DNA from: a cyanobacterium endosymbiont of Braarudosphaera bigelowii | GTDB taxonomy: Bacteria > Cyanobacteriota > Cyanobacteriia > Cyanobacteriales > Microcystaceae | Direction of reading: 5' to 3' | DNA: 32,000 nt | Assembly: GCF_020885515.1 (NCBI RefSeq) | Contig: NZ_AP024987.1 | Coordinates: 870,001-902,000, forward strand | Shown: positions 20,016 through 28,917 of the stretch, in pieces | How the letters are laid out: each line of letters starts with the position of its first letter | Numbering within the stretch: the first letter of the stretch is position 1 | The notes under the pieces: model-generated | What the model was told of the DNA's origin: nothing | The model's database searches: none | What the model saw: the letters and a program-made list of their open reading frames with translations, nothing else | Program-made: the position numbers and the translations under genes

Positions 20016-20271
20016 TATGACTTTGAAATTCATTTAAGATTACTTTCAAAGCGATAAATTAATCATTCTATAGTAGGAAACAGAGTGATAATTCTTTACT
20101 AAAAATCATAAATTAGGCTAAAATAACTTAGCTTATAATCATATGAATGATATCGACCACCTTAAAAGATGTAATTGTAAGATAACTTGTTCTAGTTTTA
20201 GTCTTGACTGATACTGAAAAAACATAACTAAATTCTTACCATATACTCCTATCCAATATACGGGTAAAATT

Positions 20272-21621
20272 ATGCAATTTTCCAAAATATTAATTGCCAA
20301 TCGCGGGGAAATAGCTTTACGAATTTTACATAGTTGTGAAGAACTTGGTATCAATACAGTAGCTGTTCATTCTACAATAGACCGCCAATCACTCCATGTT
20401 CAACTGGCTGATGAAAGTGTTTGTATTGGTCCACCTTCAAGTAGTAAAAGTTATCTAAATATTCCTAATATTATTTCAGCTGCTTTAACTCATAATGCGA
20501 CAGCAATTCATCCTGGTTATGGATTTTTATCCGAAAATGCAAGATTTGCAGAGATCTGTGCTGATCATAAAATAGTGTTTATTGGCCCTTCTCCTGAAGT
20601 TATCTATGCTATGGGAGATAAGTCAACTGCAAAAAAAACAATGCAGAAGGCCGGAGTCCCAACTATTCCTGGTAGTTGGGGACTATTGGAAAGTCAAGAG
20701 AATGCCTTAAGTATTGCCCGTGATATTGGTTATCCTGTAATTATCAAAGCTACAGCAGGTGGTGGTGGACGTGGAATGCGTCTGGTGAGAGAAGAAAGTG
20801 AATTTTCTAAATTATTTCAAGCAGCACAAGGAGAAGCGGAAGCTTTTTTTGGAAATCCTAGTGTCTATCTAGAAAAATTTATTGAACACCCACGTCATAT
20901 TGAGTTCCAAATCTTAGCAGATAGTTATGGAAATGTAATCCATTTAGGAGAAAGAGATTGCTCTATTCAACGCCGACATCAAAAACTCTTGGAAGAGGCA
21001 CCTAGCCATTTTTTAACCCCTCAACTTAGGAAGAAAATGGGAGATGCGGCTATCAAAGCTGCCAAATCTATTAATTATGTTGGAGCTGGTACTATCGAAT
21101 TTTTAGTAGATAGTAAGAATAATTTTTACTTTATGGAAATGAATACTCGTATTCAAGTCGAGCACCCAGTAACAGAAATGATTACAGGATTAGACTTAAT
21201 TAAAAAACAAATTTCTATTGCTCAAGGAGAAAGGTTAAAGTTAAAGCAAAGCGATATTATATTAAAAGGTCACTCAATAGAATGTCGTATTAATGCTGAG
21301 GATCCAAATTTCAATTTCCGTCCTCATCCTGGTAAGATAAGTGGATATCTTCCACCTGGAGGTCCGGGAGTCAGAATGGATTCTCATATTTATACCGATT
21401 ACGAAATTCCTCCATATTATGATTCTTTGATTGGAAAATTAATTGTTTGGGGACCAGACCGTTCAACTGCTATTAAAAGAATGAAAAGAGCATTAAAAGA
21501 ATGTGCTATTACTGGAGTTCCTACGACAATTGACTTTCATAAAAAAGTAATAGAAGTACCAGCATTCTTAGAAGGAGAAACATATACAAACTTTATTGAA
21601 AAAAATCTAACTAACAATTAA
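20272..21621 (+). CDS. accC: Acetyl-CoA carboxylase, biotin carboxylase subunit
   Basis: 449 aa. '[14 protein letters not shown]', '[18 protein letters not shown]' and '[14 protein letters not shown]'. Confidence 0.97.
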   Translation: MQFSKILIANRGEIALRILHSCEELGINTVAVHSTIDRQSLHVQLADESVCIGPPSSSKSYLNIPNIISAALTHNATAIHPGYGFLSENARFAEICADHKIVFIGPSPEVIYAMGDKSTAKKTMQKAGVPTIPGSWGLLESQENALSIARDIGYPVIIKATAGGGGRGMRLVREESEFSKLFQAAQGEAEAFFGNPSVYLEKFIEHPRHIEFQILADSYGNVIHLGERDCSIQRRHQKLLEEAPSHFLTPQLRKKMGDAAIKAAKSINYVGAGTIEFLVDSKNNFYFMEMNTRIQVEHPVTEMITGLDLIKKQISIAQGERLKLKQSDIILKGHSIECRINAEDPNFNFRPHPGKISGYLPPGGPGVRMDSHIYTDYEIPPYYDSLIGKLIVWGPDRSTAIKRMKRALKECAITGVPTTIDFHKKVIEVPAFLEGETYTNFIEKNLTNN

Positions 21622-21752
21622 CTATATTGCTAGTGTCTTGAAGATATACAAAATCAATAATATTTTCTTGGTAATCTTTATTAATATATTCAGTAATTAA
21701 TTTTTTAATACAGTTGTTAACTCATAGTATAAAAAAATAGAATTTTTTTACA

Positions 21753-23246
21753 CTATGTTAGAGGAAAGAAAATGGTAAAAGTTTCTTCTCTTCTTGAACG
21801 TTGGCGAACAATTAATTTGCCACCTAATCGATGAAAGAGATTTTTTGTTACATCCAAGTTTAAACTAACACTACCTGTTTCAGGTTGTAACATTAATACT
21901 TGTCCTAGAGCTTCAAGAGGATTGTGCTGTCCATAAGATTCTGTCTGAAATTGTAATTTTAATTGATGTCCTGCAGTACTAACTTGAATTCGAATTAAAC
22001 CTTGCCCAGAAAGACTCCGAGTACATTTTTCGATTAAAGATGTTAAGACTTTATCTAGCATTCGGGGATCACTAACTACTTGGGGTAATGTTTTAGGTAG
22101 CCCTACATCAAGATCAATATTTCGACGTTGTGCTTGTTTCTTCCAGCGAGGTATACATCTATTTAACAGGGTTTCTAAAGAAGTTTTAACTAATTCAACA
22201 GATGAGTTTTGATAGTTTTTACTTTTTAATTCAGTGGCCCGGAAAATCAATTCCATTCGGTTAATCTGTTCACTACATTCTTGATCTATGTTTTCTAGTA
22301 ATTGAGTGATTTTTGGTTCTAAATCTTGGTATTTAAGCAATAACCTAGTCATTGTTCGAATACTTGTTAGAGGTGTACGAACTTCATGACTTAGTGCTCG
22401 AAGTAAATCTAGATCATTTGCCTTTTCAACATTAAGAGAAATATTTTTGGATAAATGATTATTTTCATTTATTGTATTTAAATCTTTATTACATAGATTT
22501 TTCTTATAGATTATTGTCGATATAGAAGTAAAATTATGGAGCAGTAGACGACTAAATTCTTCAATAATTTGGCAACGGGGAAAAATAGGTATAAACTTTT
22601 GAACTAACTGGTCTAACTCAAATAATTGAGAATAATTCAATGTATTGAGGCCAAAGCGTAATCTTAGCCATCCTTTATAGTTAATTTCTGGATCAAATGT
22701 AAATTGAAATGTAGGAAAACCTAGAGGATTTTCCCCTAAAACTATCATTAAAGAAAACTGAGAAGTTAAAATTAAACAAAATTGTTCAGATGCGAGAGGA
22801 TCCTGTGGGAGTATTGGTAACTCCATTACACTTAAAATATTAGGATGAATTTGACTAGAACAGTTGATGTCTGCAGGAAGTTTAAATTGCTTCCAGAGAT
22901 TAAGTGTATTAGTTTGTAAAGTAAAAATACCAGTATGTAATATTTTTATGAGAGCAGGATGACATAAAATTGGAGTTGGAGCTGATAATATAAGTCCTTG
23001 GCAATTTTCTTTATTGACTACAGTTGGTTCTAAATAAGATAGAAGTAATGTTTCTAGAGCAGAGATTGAACTTACCCATTTTCCTTGTGCTTCTATACGT
23101 GCTTGCTTGATATCAATAGTATGTGATTGAAATAAATGAGATTCGGCTTTTACTCTACTACCATCATTTATAATCTTGCTAAGGTTACCCAATGAAGCCT
23201 CAGAAGCATCCATAAATTTCTCTCGATTTAATTCTTTGACTCTCAT
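21753..23246 (-). CDS. Histidine-kinase-like protein with an intact H-box but a degenerate ATP-binding domain
   Basis: 497 aa. The H-box 'LRALSHEVRTPLTSIRTM' is present. The C-terminal region aligns by eye to HATPase_c, but its N, G1 and G2 boxes are substituted (see finding). I do not recognise the ~270-aa N-terminal domain, and a DICT-like sensory domain is only a guess. Confidence 0.8.
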   Translation of the reverse strand: MRVKELNREKFMDASEASLGNLSKIINDGSRVKAESHLFQSHTIDIKQARIEAQGKWVSSISALETLLLSYLEPTVVNKENCQGLILSAPTPILCHPALIKILHTGIFTLQTNTLNLWKQFKLPADINCSSQIHPNILSVMELPILPQDPLASEQFCLILTSQFSLMIVLGENPLGFPTFQFTFDPEINYKGWLRLRFGLNTLNYSQLFELDQLVQKFIPIFPRCQIIEEFSRLLLHNFTSISTIIYKKNLCNKDLNTINENNHLSKNISLNVEKANDLDLLRALSHEVRTPLTSIRTMTRLLLKYQDLEPKITQLLENIDQECSEQINRMELIFRATELKSKNYQNSSVELVKTSLETLLNRCIPRWKKQAQRRNIDLDVGLPKTLPQVVSDPRMLDKVLTSLIEKCTRSLSGQGLIRIQVSTAGHQLKLQFQTESYGQHNPLEALGQVLMLQPETGSVSLNLDVTKNLFHRLGGKLIVRQRSRREETFTIFFPLT

Positions 23247-23571
23247 GCTTTTATGGTTCTAGAGAAAATTATAAGGCAGATATACTACAGAGAATAGCAA
23301 TAAAATAAAAATTTATTTTTGTTGAAATTTTATATTGCTTATGAACTTTATGTTGTTGACAAAGTAACTGAGGTTTTAAGGGATCAGACAAAGAATTAAG
23401 TAATTACTTGATTAAGAATATAGTAGTCATAATTATCCTCCAGGAAAATTTCTAGAGTTTTACTCATTAAAACTAACCAACTTTTATTAGCCTTCTCTAG
23501 TAAATACATATTTTTTTTAGAAGCTACGATTAGAGTACTTATTGAGGTATATTTAACTTACAGTAAAGTTA

Positions 23572-23970
23572 TTAAAAACTCGAATTTTTTACTAAAGCTA
23601 ATAATTTTTTTTTCTTTGTATTAATAAGCTGCTTGATCAATTTGGGGAGAGCAAGATGGCGAATATTAGTAGATATAGTTTCATCTCGGAAAGGGAAGAA
23701 ATCCCTAAAACCAATAATTATCGCCTTACACTTTGTAAATATTTGTAGTTGCTGTTCTCATAACTCTGTTACCGGTTATCGTAGTCCTCTAGCTGATGTT
23801 CAAAGTCTATAAGAGTAACAAGTTGCATAAGTAATAATAGCTACAATCACAGTTTCTGACTCTTCATCTAAAACTTGCACCAACCTCCAAACAGAAGCAT
23901 CACTGGAAAGCTTAAATGTTTTAATTTTAAACACTGAACAGAAAATTATGTCTCTGCAATATAATTCGAT
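23572..23970 (-). pseudogene. Possible decayed gene remnant (weak)
   Basis: There are two adjacent minus-strand stop-free runs in different frames, neither with an ATG. One covers ~23800-23970 ('...KLSSDASVWRLVQVLDEESETVIVAIITYATCYSYRL*'). The other covers ~23572-23757 ('...GFRDFFPFRDETISTNIRHLALPKLIKQLIN...'). The region is locally less AT-rich than its flanks. By my rough estimate, one run of this length per kb is expected by chance. Confidence 0.2.
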
Positions 23971-24262
23971 TGTATAACTTTAGTGTTAACTTATTAATTT
24001 GAGTTAAAGAAAAAGATGTGATACAAGCAAGAATATTATATGTGACATTTGACAAGCTTTTCCATATTCTGATTAATTAGTACTTTTATGTAAGATTTAA
24101 ATACCTAGTAACTTAAGAAAAAACATATATCTGAAGTTTATCATGTTATAACTTCAGAAATTTTGTTTTCATTTAAAGGCTTCACCAAATTTTAAGAAAA
24201 TACGATGATTGCTTGTAGCAGTTCTACATAAGTTTAAAATTTCATATATCTAAACTACATAG

Positions 24263-24463
24263 CTACTTTTTTTCCTTAACTTTGGTCTTAGGAGTAATTG
24301 CCTCAATCTCGGACAAAGGGAAAGTAACTAATTTACTCCAGTTTCCCCCTTCAAATAAAACAGCAGCTTTTCCATCGCTGACTCTTTGCACCAAGCCTTC
24401 AAAACAATAATAAATATCGTCAGGATTAATAATTTTGACAGTTGTCCCTGGTAGAATTAACAT
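24263..24463 (-). CDS. ndhS: NDH-1 complex subunit S (NdhS/CRR31-like, SH3-like fold)
   Basis: '[54 protein letters not shown]' matches my memory of cyanobacterial NdhS (Ssl0352-type), which begins at this internal Met (atg at 24461-24463). The track ORF extends 18 codons further to 24517, probably not translated. Confidence 0.7.
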   Translation of the reverse strand: MLILPGTTVKIINPDDIYYCFEGLVQRVSDGKAAVLFEGGNWSKLVTFPLSEIEAITPKTKVKEKK

Positions 24464-24596
24464 TGTTTTCTCACAATATACTAGTTCATATTTATATTTT
24501 AGCAGATTAAATTTCAACTCAACTTGAAGTTAAGATTTTTTCGATCATATTATTTTAATAAATTACATAAAAGTTTCTTAGCTGTATTTGTATGTT

Positions 24597-24642
24597 AGTT
24601 AATATATTCAATAATTAACAATAATTATTGAATATATTAACT
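24597..24642. repeat. Perfect 20-21-bp-arm inverted repeat
   Basis: The arms are agttaatatattcaataatt (24597-24616) and aattattgaatatattaact (24623-24642), with central aacaat. Confidence 0.9.
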
Positions 24643-24682
24643 GTTAGAATTAACGATTTTAATATAACATCTTGTAAAATTT

Positions 24683-24723
24683 ATACAACTAAAAACATAT
24701 ATATTATTTACTTTTAGTTGTAT
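24683..24723. repeat. 12-bp-arm inverted repeat with 17-nt loop
   Basis: The arms are atacaactaaaa (24683-24694) and ttttagttgtat (24712-24723). Confidence 0.85.
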
Positions 24724-24729
24724 CTTAAT

Positions 24730-24757
24730 TTATAAAAAAGATTAATCTTTTTTATAA
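24730..24757. repeat. 28-bp perfect palindrome (no loop)
   Basis: ttataaaaaagatt|aatcttttttataa. The second half is the exact reverse complement of the first. Confidence 0.9.
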
Positions 24758-24783
24758 GATAGTAAATTTATAAGATAGTAAAT
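24752..24783. repeat. Perfect tandem duplication, 2 x 16 bp
   Basis: ttataagatagtaaat occurs at 24752-24767 and again at 24768-24783. The first copy overlaps the right end of the 28-bp palindrome. Confidence 0.9.
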
Positions 24784-24994
24784 ATAATATTTACTGTAGT
24801 GTTATAGAATATTATTTATATTTTTTAAACTAGTAAAAATCTGATACAAATGTTTCACCTTTTATCCTAACTTAAAGTTAAATTAGCCCGAAATATTTAT
24901 ATTAAATTTAATTAGTTATTTTTTTTCCTCATCAACTTATCTTTTCATTGACGTGTTACGATGAGAATCTTTTACTAGGTATGGTAGTTTTATT

Positions 24995-26794
24995 ATGTCT
25001 ATTCCACCCATTGTTTTAACATTAATAATTCTATTTTCAGCTCTAATTAGTTTTATTTTTGAATTTTTCCCTGCAGATACTACAGCTATTGGAATTACAG
25101 TTATATTAATTGTATGTGGACTAGTAACTCCTGAAGAAGGTACATCTGGTTTTAGTAATTCTGCGACTATTACTGTAATGGCTATGTTTATTTTAAGTGG
25201 TGGAATCACTAGGACTGGAGGATTACAAGTTGTTAGAGATATTCTATTTCAGATTGGAGGAAAAAACTTAAATAAACAGATTGCTCTTATGGGTATTATG
25301 GTAGGCTCTATTAGTGCTTTTATTAATAATACTGCAGTCGTTGCTGTTTTCCTACCAATAGTAGAAGCTTTTGGTAAAAAGCAGAAAATTTCTTTATCAA
25401 AATTACTTATTCCACTGTCTTATACAGCCATTTTAGGAGGAGTTATTACTACGATTGGAACTTCTACTAATATATTAGCAAGTGGGTTATCGAAGCAGTT
25501 AGGTTATGGGGAGTTTGGCATATTTTTAATTACCCCTATCGGAATTCCTGTATTTATTATTGGATTAATATATTTAACTTTTTTTAGTTCTCGAATATTA
25601 CCAGATTGTAAATCAATCAATAATGATGGGTTTAATGTTGATTATGGAATGAAAGATTATGTTAGTGAAATTATTATTACTCCACGCTCTAACTTAGTCG
25701 GACAAAGCTTACGCCAAAGTAAAATTCAGAGAAAGTTTGATATTGATGTATTAGAAATAATTCATAATAATATTCATTTTCCACAACCTTTAGCTGATAG
25801 AGTTTTATCATTAGGAGATATATTATTAGTCCGTGGAAGCAAAGAAGATTTATTACAGATTAGAGACGAAAAAGGAGTTGATATTTTAGCTAATATTAAA
25901 TTTGATAAGAGGCAATTTAAAGACGAAATTAATTATAGAGAAGATAAAATAGCTGAAGTTCTCATACTGTCTAATTCACGATTGATAGGCTCCACACTGA
26001 AAGATTTACGTTTTCGCCAAAGATATAATGCTACTGTCATTGCTATTCGTAGAGGAGAAGAGTTATTACGAACCAGATTAGGAAAAGTACGTCTAAAATT
26101 TGGAGATTTATTACTAGTTCAGGGCCCAAAAGAAAGTTTTATTGGATTACAGACAACACGAGAACTATTAGTCCTTGAGGAAAGAGATATTGAAACCTTA
26201 CGACAAAACAAAGCTTATATAGCCATTGTCATCATTTTTGGCGTTGTTACTATTGCTGCATTAGAGATATTACCAATTCTAGTTAGTAGCTTAGTAGGTG
26301 TCATGCTAATGATTTTTACTGGATGTCTTAAGCCTGGAGAAATCTATGGCACAGTTCGTTGGGATATTATTTTTTTGTTGGCAGGACTAATTCCTTTAGG
26401 GATTGCCATGGAAAAATCTGGTACTAATTATTGGATAGCTCAACACATCATTAGCATGGGAAATTATATTCCTGGTTATTTAGTCTTAGTTCTTTTTTAT
26501 TTTGTTACTGCTCTATTTACTGAAATACTTTCAAACAATACATCTGTTTTATTAATGTTACCAGTTGCTGTAGAGGTAGCAGAAGGCTTTGGATTTAATC
26601 CCGTCTCTTTCATGCTAGTAGTAATGTTTGCAGCTTCTAATAGTTTTATTACTCCTATAGGATACCAAACAAATACTATGGTTTATGTGCCTGGAGGATA
26701 TCGTTTTTTAGACTTTACTCGTGTCGGATTACCTTTAACTTTTATGTTTACTTTTTTAGTACCATTTCTTGTTAAGTGTATATACGGAATATAG
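24995..26794 (+). CDS. DASS/SLC13-type anion permease with two central TrkA-C (RCK_C) domains
   Basis: 599 aa. Multi-TM halves flank two soluble repeats ('VSEIIITPRSNLVGQSLRQSKIQRKFDIDVLEI' and 'IAEVLILSNSRLIGSTLKDLRFRQRYNATVIAIRRGEE'). This is the typical architecture of the CitT/ArsB-superfamily TrkA-C permeases. Confidence 0.85.
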   Translation: MSIPPIVLTLIILFSALISFIFEFFPADTTAIGITVILIVCGLVTPEEGTSGFSNSATITVMAMFILSGGITRTGGLQVVRDILFQIGGKNLNKQIALMGIMVGSISAFINNTAVVAVFLPIVEAFGKKQKISLSKLLIPLSYTAILGGVITTIGTSTNILASGLSKQLGYGEFGIFLITPIGIPVFIIGLIYLTFFSSRILPDCKSINNDGFNVDYGMKDYVSEIIITPRSNLVGQSLRQSKIQRKFDIDVLEIIHNNIHFPQPLADRVLSLGDILLVRGSKEDLLQIRDEKGVDILANIKFDKRQFKDEINYREDKIAEVLILSNSRLIGSTLKDLRFRQRYNATVIAIRRGEELLRTRLGKVRLKFGDLLLVQGPKESFIGLQTTRELLVLEERDIETLRQNKAYIAIVIIFGVVTIAALEILPILVSSLVGVMLMIFTGCLKPGEIYGTVRWDIIFLLAGLIPLGIAMEKSGTNYWIAQHIISMGNYIPGYLVLVLFYFVTALFTEILSNNTSVLLMLPVAVEVAEGFGFNPVSFMLVVMFAASNSFITPIGYQTNTMVYVPGGYRFLDFTRVGLPLTFMFTFLVPFLVKCIYGI

Positions 26795-27033
26795 TATCAT
26801 TATTTTTTAATATTATGAAAAGCTACTTTTTTAATTTAAATAATTATCTGGAAAAGTTCTCATATTAATGGATATATAACACTCTTAAATTACTGAAATA
26901 TGTATAAATCAAGATTTTTAAAATAGATGAATGATTGTTATACTCCAATTTTTTTTACTAGAAGTTTAATGGTAAAATACCCAAAATAAAAAGAACTATC
27001 CTGAAAGTTTTAAATTCAGATTTCGTTAGCAAT

Positions 27034-28917
27034 ATGTGGAAAAAAAAAGGCTCTCAATTCCATTGGCAAAACTTAATTAAAAAAAAGAATTATGGCTTTC
27101 GAATTTTTAGGGAAAAGAAGAATAACTTAACTATCGGACAAAATAGTCAATCATTATTAATAATGATGTTTATCAGTTTTGTTTTGTTAGGAGCTATAGG
27201 CAGCCGTTTGTTTTTTTTACAGCTAGTAGAAGGTAAAAATTACAGAGGTAAATCTGAAAATAATCGTGTCCGTGTCATGCCAAAACCACCTATCCGAGGT
27301 ACTATATTTGATAGAAAAGGACGTATTTTAGCTTCAAACCGTTTTAGTCATTCAGTTTATTTATGGCCTGTCGTTGTTAGCCAGCCTAATTGGCCTAAAA
27401 ATAGAAAATCTTTAGCACACTTACTTTCTATTTCTGAAGAAAATATTGAAGCTAAGATAAGTGAGAGTATAAATAAAAAGACGGGATATTCTTCTTCAAT
27501 TTTAATTAAAATTGCTAGTCGGCTTAATCCTGCTCAAATAACTGCATTAGAAGAATTCAAAGAGGAGCTCGACGGATTAGAAATGGATATTGAAAATATT
27601 CGTAATTATCCTAATAAAGAAATAGGTGCTCATATACTAGGATATATTGGAGAGTTAAGTAGTCAGGAATTAAAAGAAAAGCAGTCTGAAGGTTATCTTT
27701 TAGGTGATTCTGTTGGAAGAATGGGAATCGAGTCTGCCTATGAAAAAAAGTTAAGAGGTGAATGGGGAGGTATTGAGTTAGAGGTAAATGGAGCAGGTAA
27801 AATCACTAAAGTATTGGGACGTAAAGCAGCAAAACTAGGTAAAGATATTACTGTCACTCTTGATCTTGATATACAAAAGGCTGCTGAATTCGCCTTGAGA
27901 CAACGTACAGGAGCTGTCGTTGCTATTGAACCATATACAGGACAAATTCTAGCAATGGCTAGTAGCCCTACTTTTGATCCTAACTTTTTTTCAACTCCGC
28001 TTGCCCCCAAAACTTGGAAGCAGTTACAACAGAAAGATGCATTTCTTCTTAATCGAGTTTTGCAAGGCTTTCCCCCTGCTTCCACTTTCAAAATAGTTAC
28101 ATCTACTGCAGCTATGGAATCAGGTAAGTATCCTCCGGATACTATATTATCAACTTCTCCTTATTTAAGTGTAGGAGGAACCCATTTTAGAGAGTGGAAT
28201 AGATTAGGCTTTGGAAAAATAGGTTACATAAAAGCTTTAGCATTGAGTAGTAATACTTTTCATGGGCAAATTGGTCTAAAGATAGGAGAAGATGATCTAG
28301 TTAGATATGCACGTCTTTATGGTTTCGGTTCAAAAACGGGAATCGAATTAGAAGAAGAAAAAATTGGACTAATTGCAGATAATATATGGAAGAAAAAGAA
28401 ACATAAGGGAAATTGGACTGACGGAGATACAGTTAATATGTCTCTTGGCCAGGGATTCACCAAAGCTACTCCCTTACAAGTGGCTATCATGTTTTCCGTT
28501 ATAGCTAATGGTGGGTACAGAATAAAGCCTCAGCTATTAAAAAAAGTTTATGAGAAAGAATATCTAAAAAGTTATATAGGTTTTAAGTCTAGTACAATTA
28601 GAACTCTGAGAGAAGGCTTAAGAGCAGTAGTCTTATCAGGAACTGGAAAGATTTTAAATGTTCCAAGCTTACCTCCTGTGGCTGGAAAAAGCGGTACAGC
28701 TGAAGCTCCTCCTAGAAAATCTCATGCTTGGTTTGGAGGTTTTGCTCCTTACAATAGTCCAGAAATTGTTGTTGTAGCTTTTGTTGAACATTCTGGTGGC
28801 GGAGGTGGAACTATCGCAGCACCAATAGTCCGTCAAGTTATGGAAGCATATTTTAAACATAATCGTTCTCTTAATTCTATTAACAATAGAAAAAATTTAA
28901 GTATTAATTTAAACTAA
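27034..28917 (+). CDS. mrdA: Penicillin-binding protein 2 (elongasome transpeptidase)
   Basis: 627 aa. It has an N-terminal TM segment and 'RLFFLQLVEGKNY...NRVRVMPKPPIRGTIFDRKGRILA'. The transpeptidase motifs are 'STFK' (PASTFKIV), 'SSN' (ALSSNTF) and 'KSGT' (GKSGTAE). Confidence 0.9.
   Translation: MWKKKGSQFHWQNLIKKKNYGFRIFREKKNNLTIGQNSQSLLIMMFISFVLLGAIGSRLFFLQLVEGKNYRGKSENNRVRVMPKPPIRGTIFDRKGRILASNRFSHSVYLWPVVVSQPNWPKNRKSLAHLLSISEENIEAKISESINKKTGYSSSILIKIASRLNPAQITALEEFKEELDGLEMDIENIRNYPNKEIGAHILGYIGELSSQELKEKQSEGYLLGDSVGRMGIESAYEKKLRGEWGGIELEVNGAGKITKVLGRKAAKLGKDITVTLDLDIQKAAEFALRQRTGAVVAIEPYTGQILAMASSPTFDPNFFSTPLAPKTWKQLQQKDAFLLNRVLQGFPPASTFKIVTSTAAMESGKYPPDTILSTSPYLSVGGTHFREWNRLGFGKIGYIKALALSSNTFHGQIGLKIGEDDLVRYARLYGFGSKTGIELEEEKIGLIADNIWKKKKHKGNWTDGDTVNMSLGQGFTKATPLQVAIMFSVIANGGYRIKPQLLKKVYEKEYLKSYIGFKSSTIRTLREGLRAVVLSGTGKILNVPSLPPVAGKSGTAEAPPRKSHAWFGGFAPYNSPEIVVVAFVEHSGGGGGTIAAPIVRQVMEAYFKHNRSLNSINNRKNLSINLN

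Noticed and set aside
20139-20354. 71-aa minus-strand ORF spanning the accC start
   Set aside because: It overlaps the strongly supported accC N-terminus in antisense and has no recognisable features.
23656-23748. 30-aa plus-strand ORF (MANISRYSFISEREEIPKTNNYRLTLCKYL) preceded by ggggagag
   Set aside because: The SD-like purine run is attractive, but the ORF is tiny, I do not recognise it, and it lies antisense to the possible gene remnant. The evidence is insufficient.
24752-24783. Tandem 16-bp repeat considered as a CRISPR or minisatellite
   Set aside because: There are only two abutting copies with no spacers and no cas genes, so it is a simple duplication.
24937-25209. 90-aa minus-strand ORF overlapping the permease 5' end
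   Set aside because: It is antisense to the first TM helices of a 599-aa permease. Its hydrophobic composition mirrors the sense strand.
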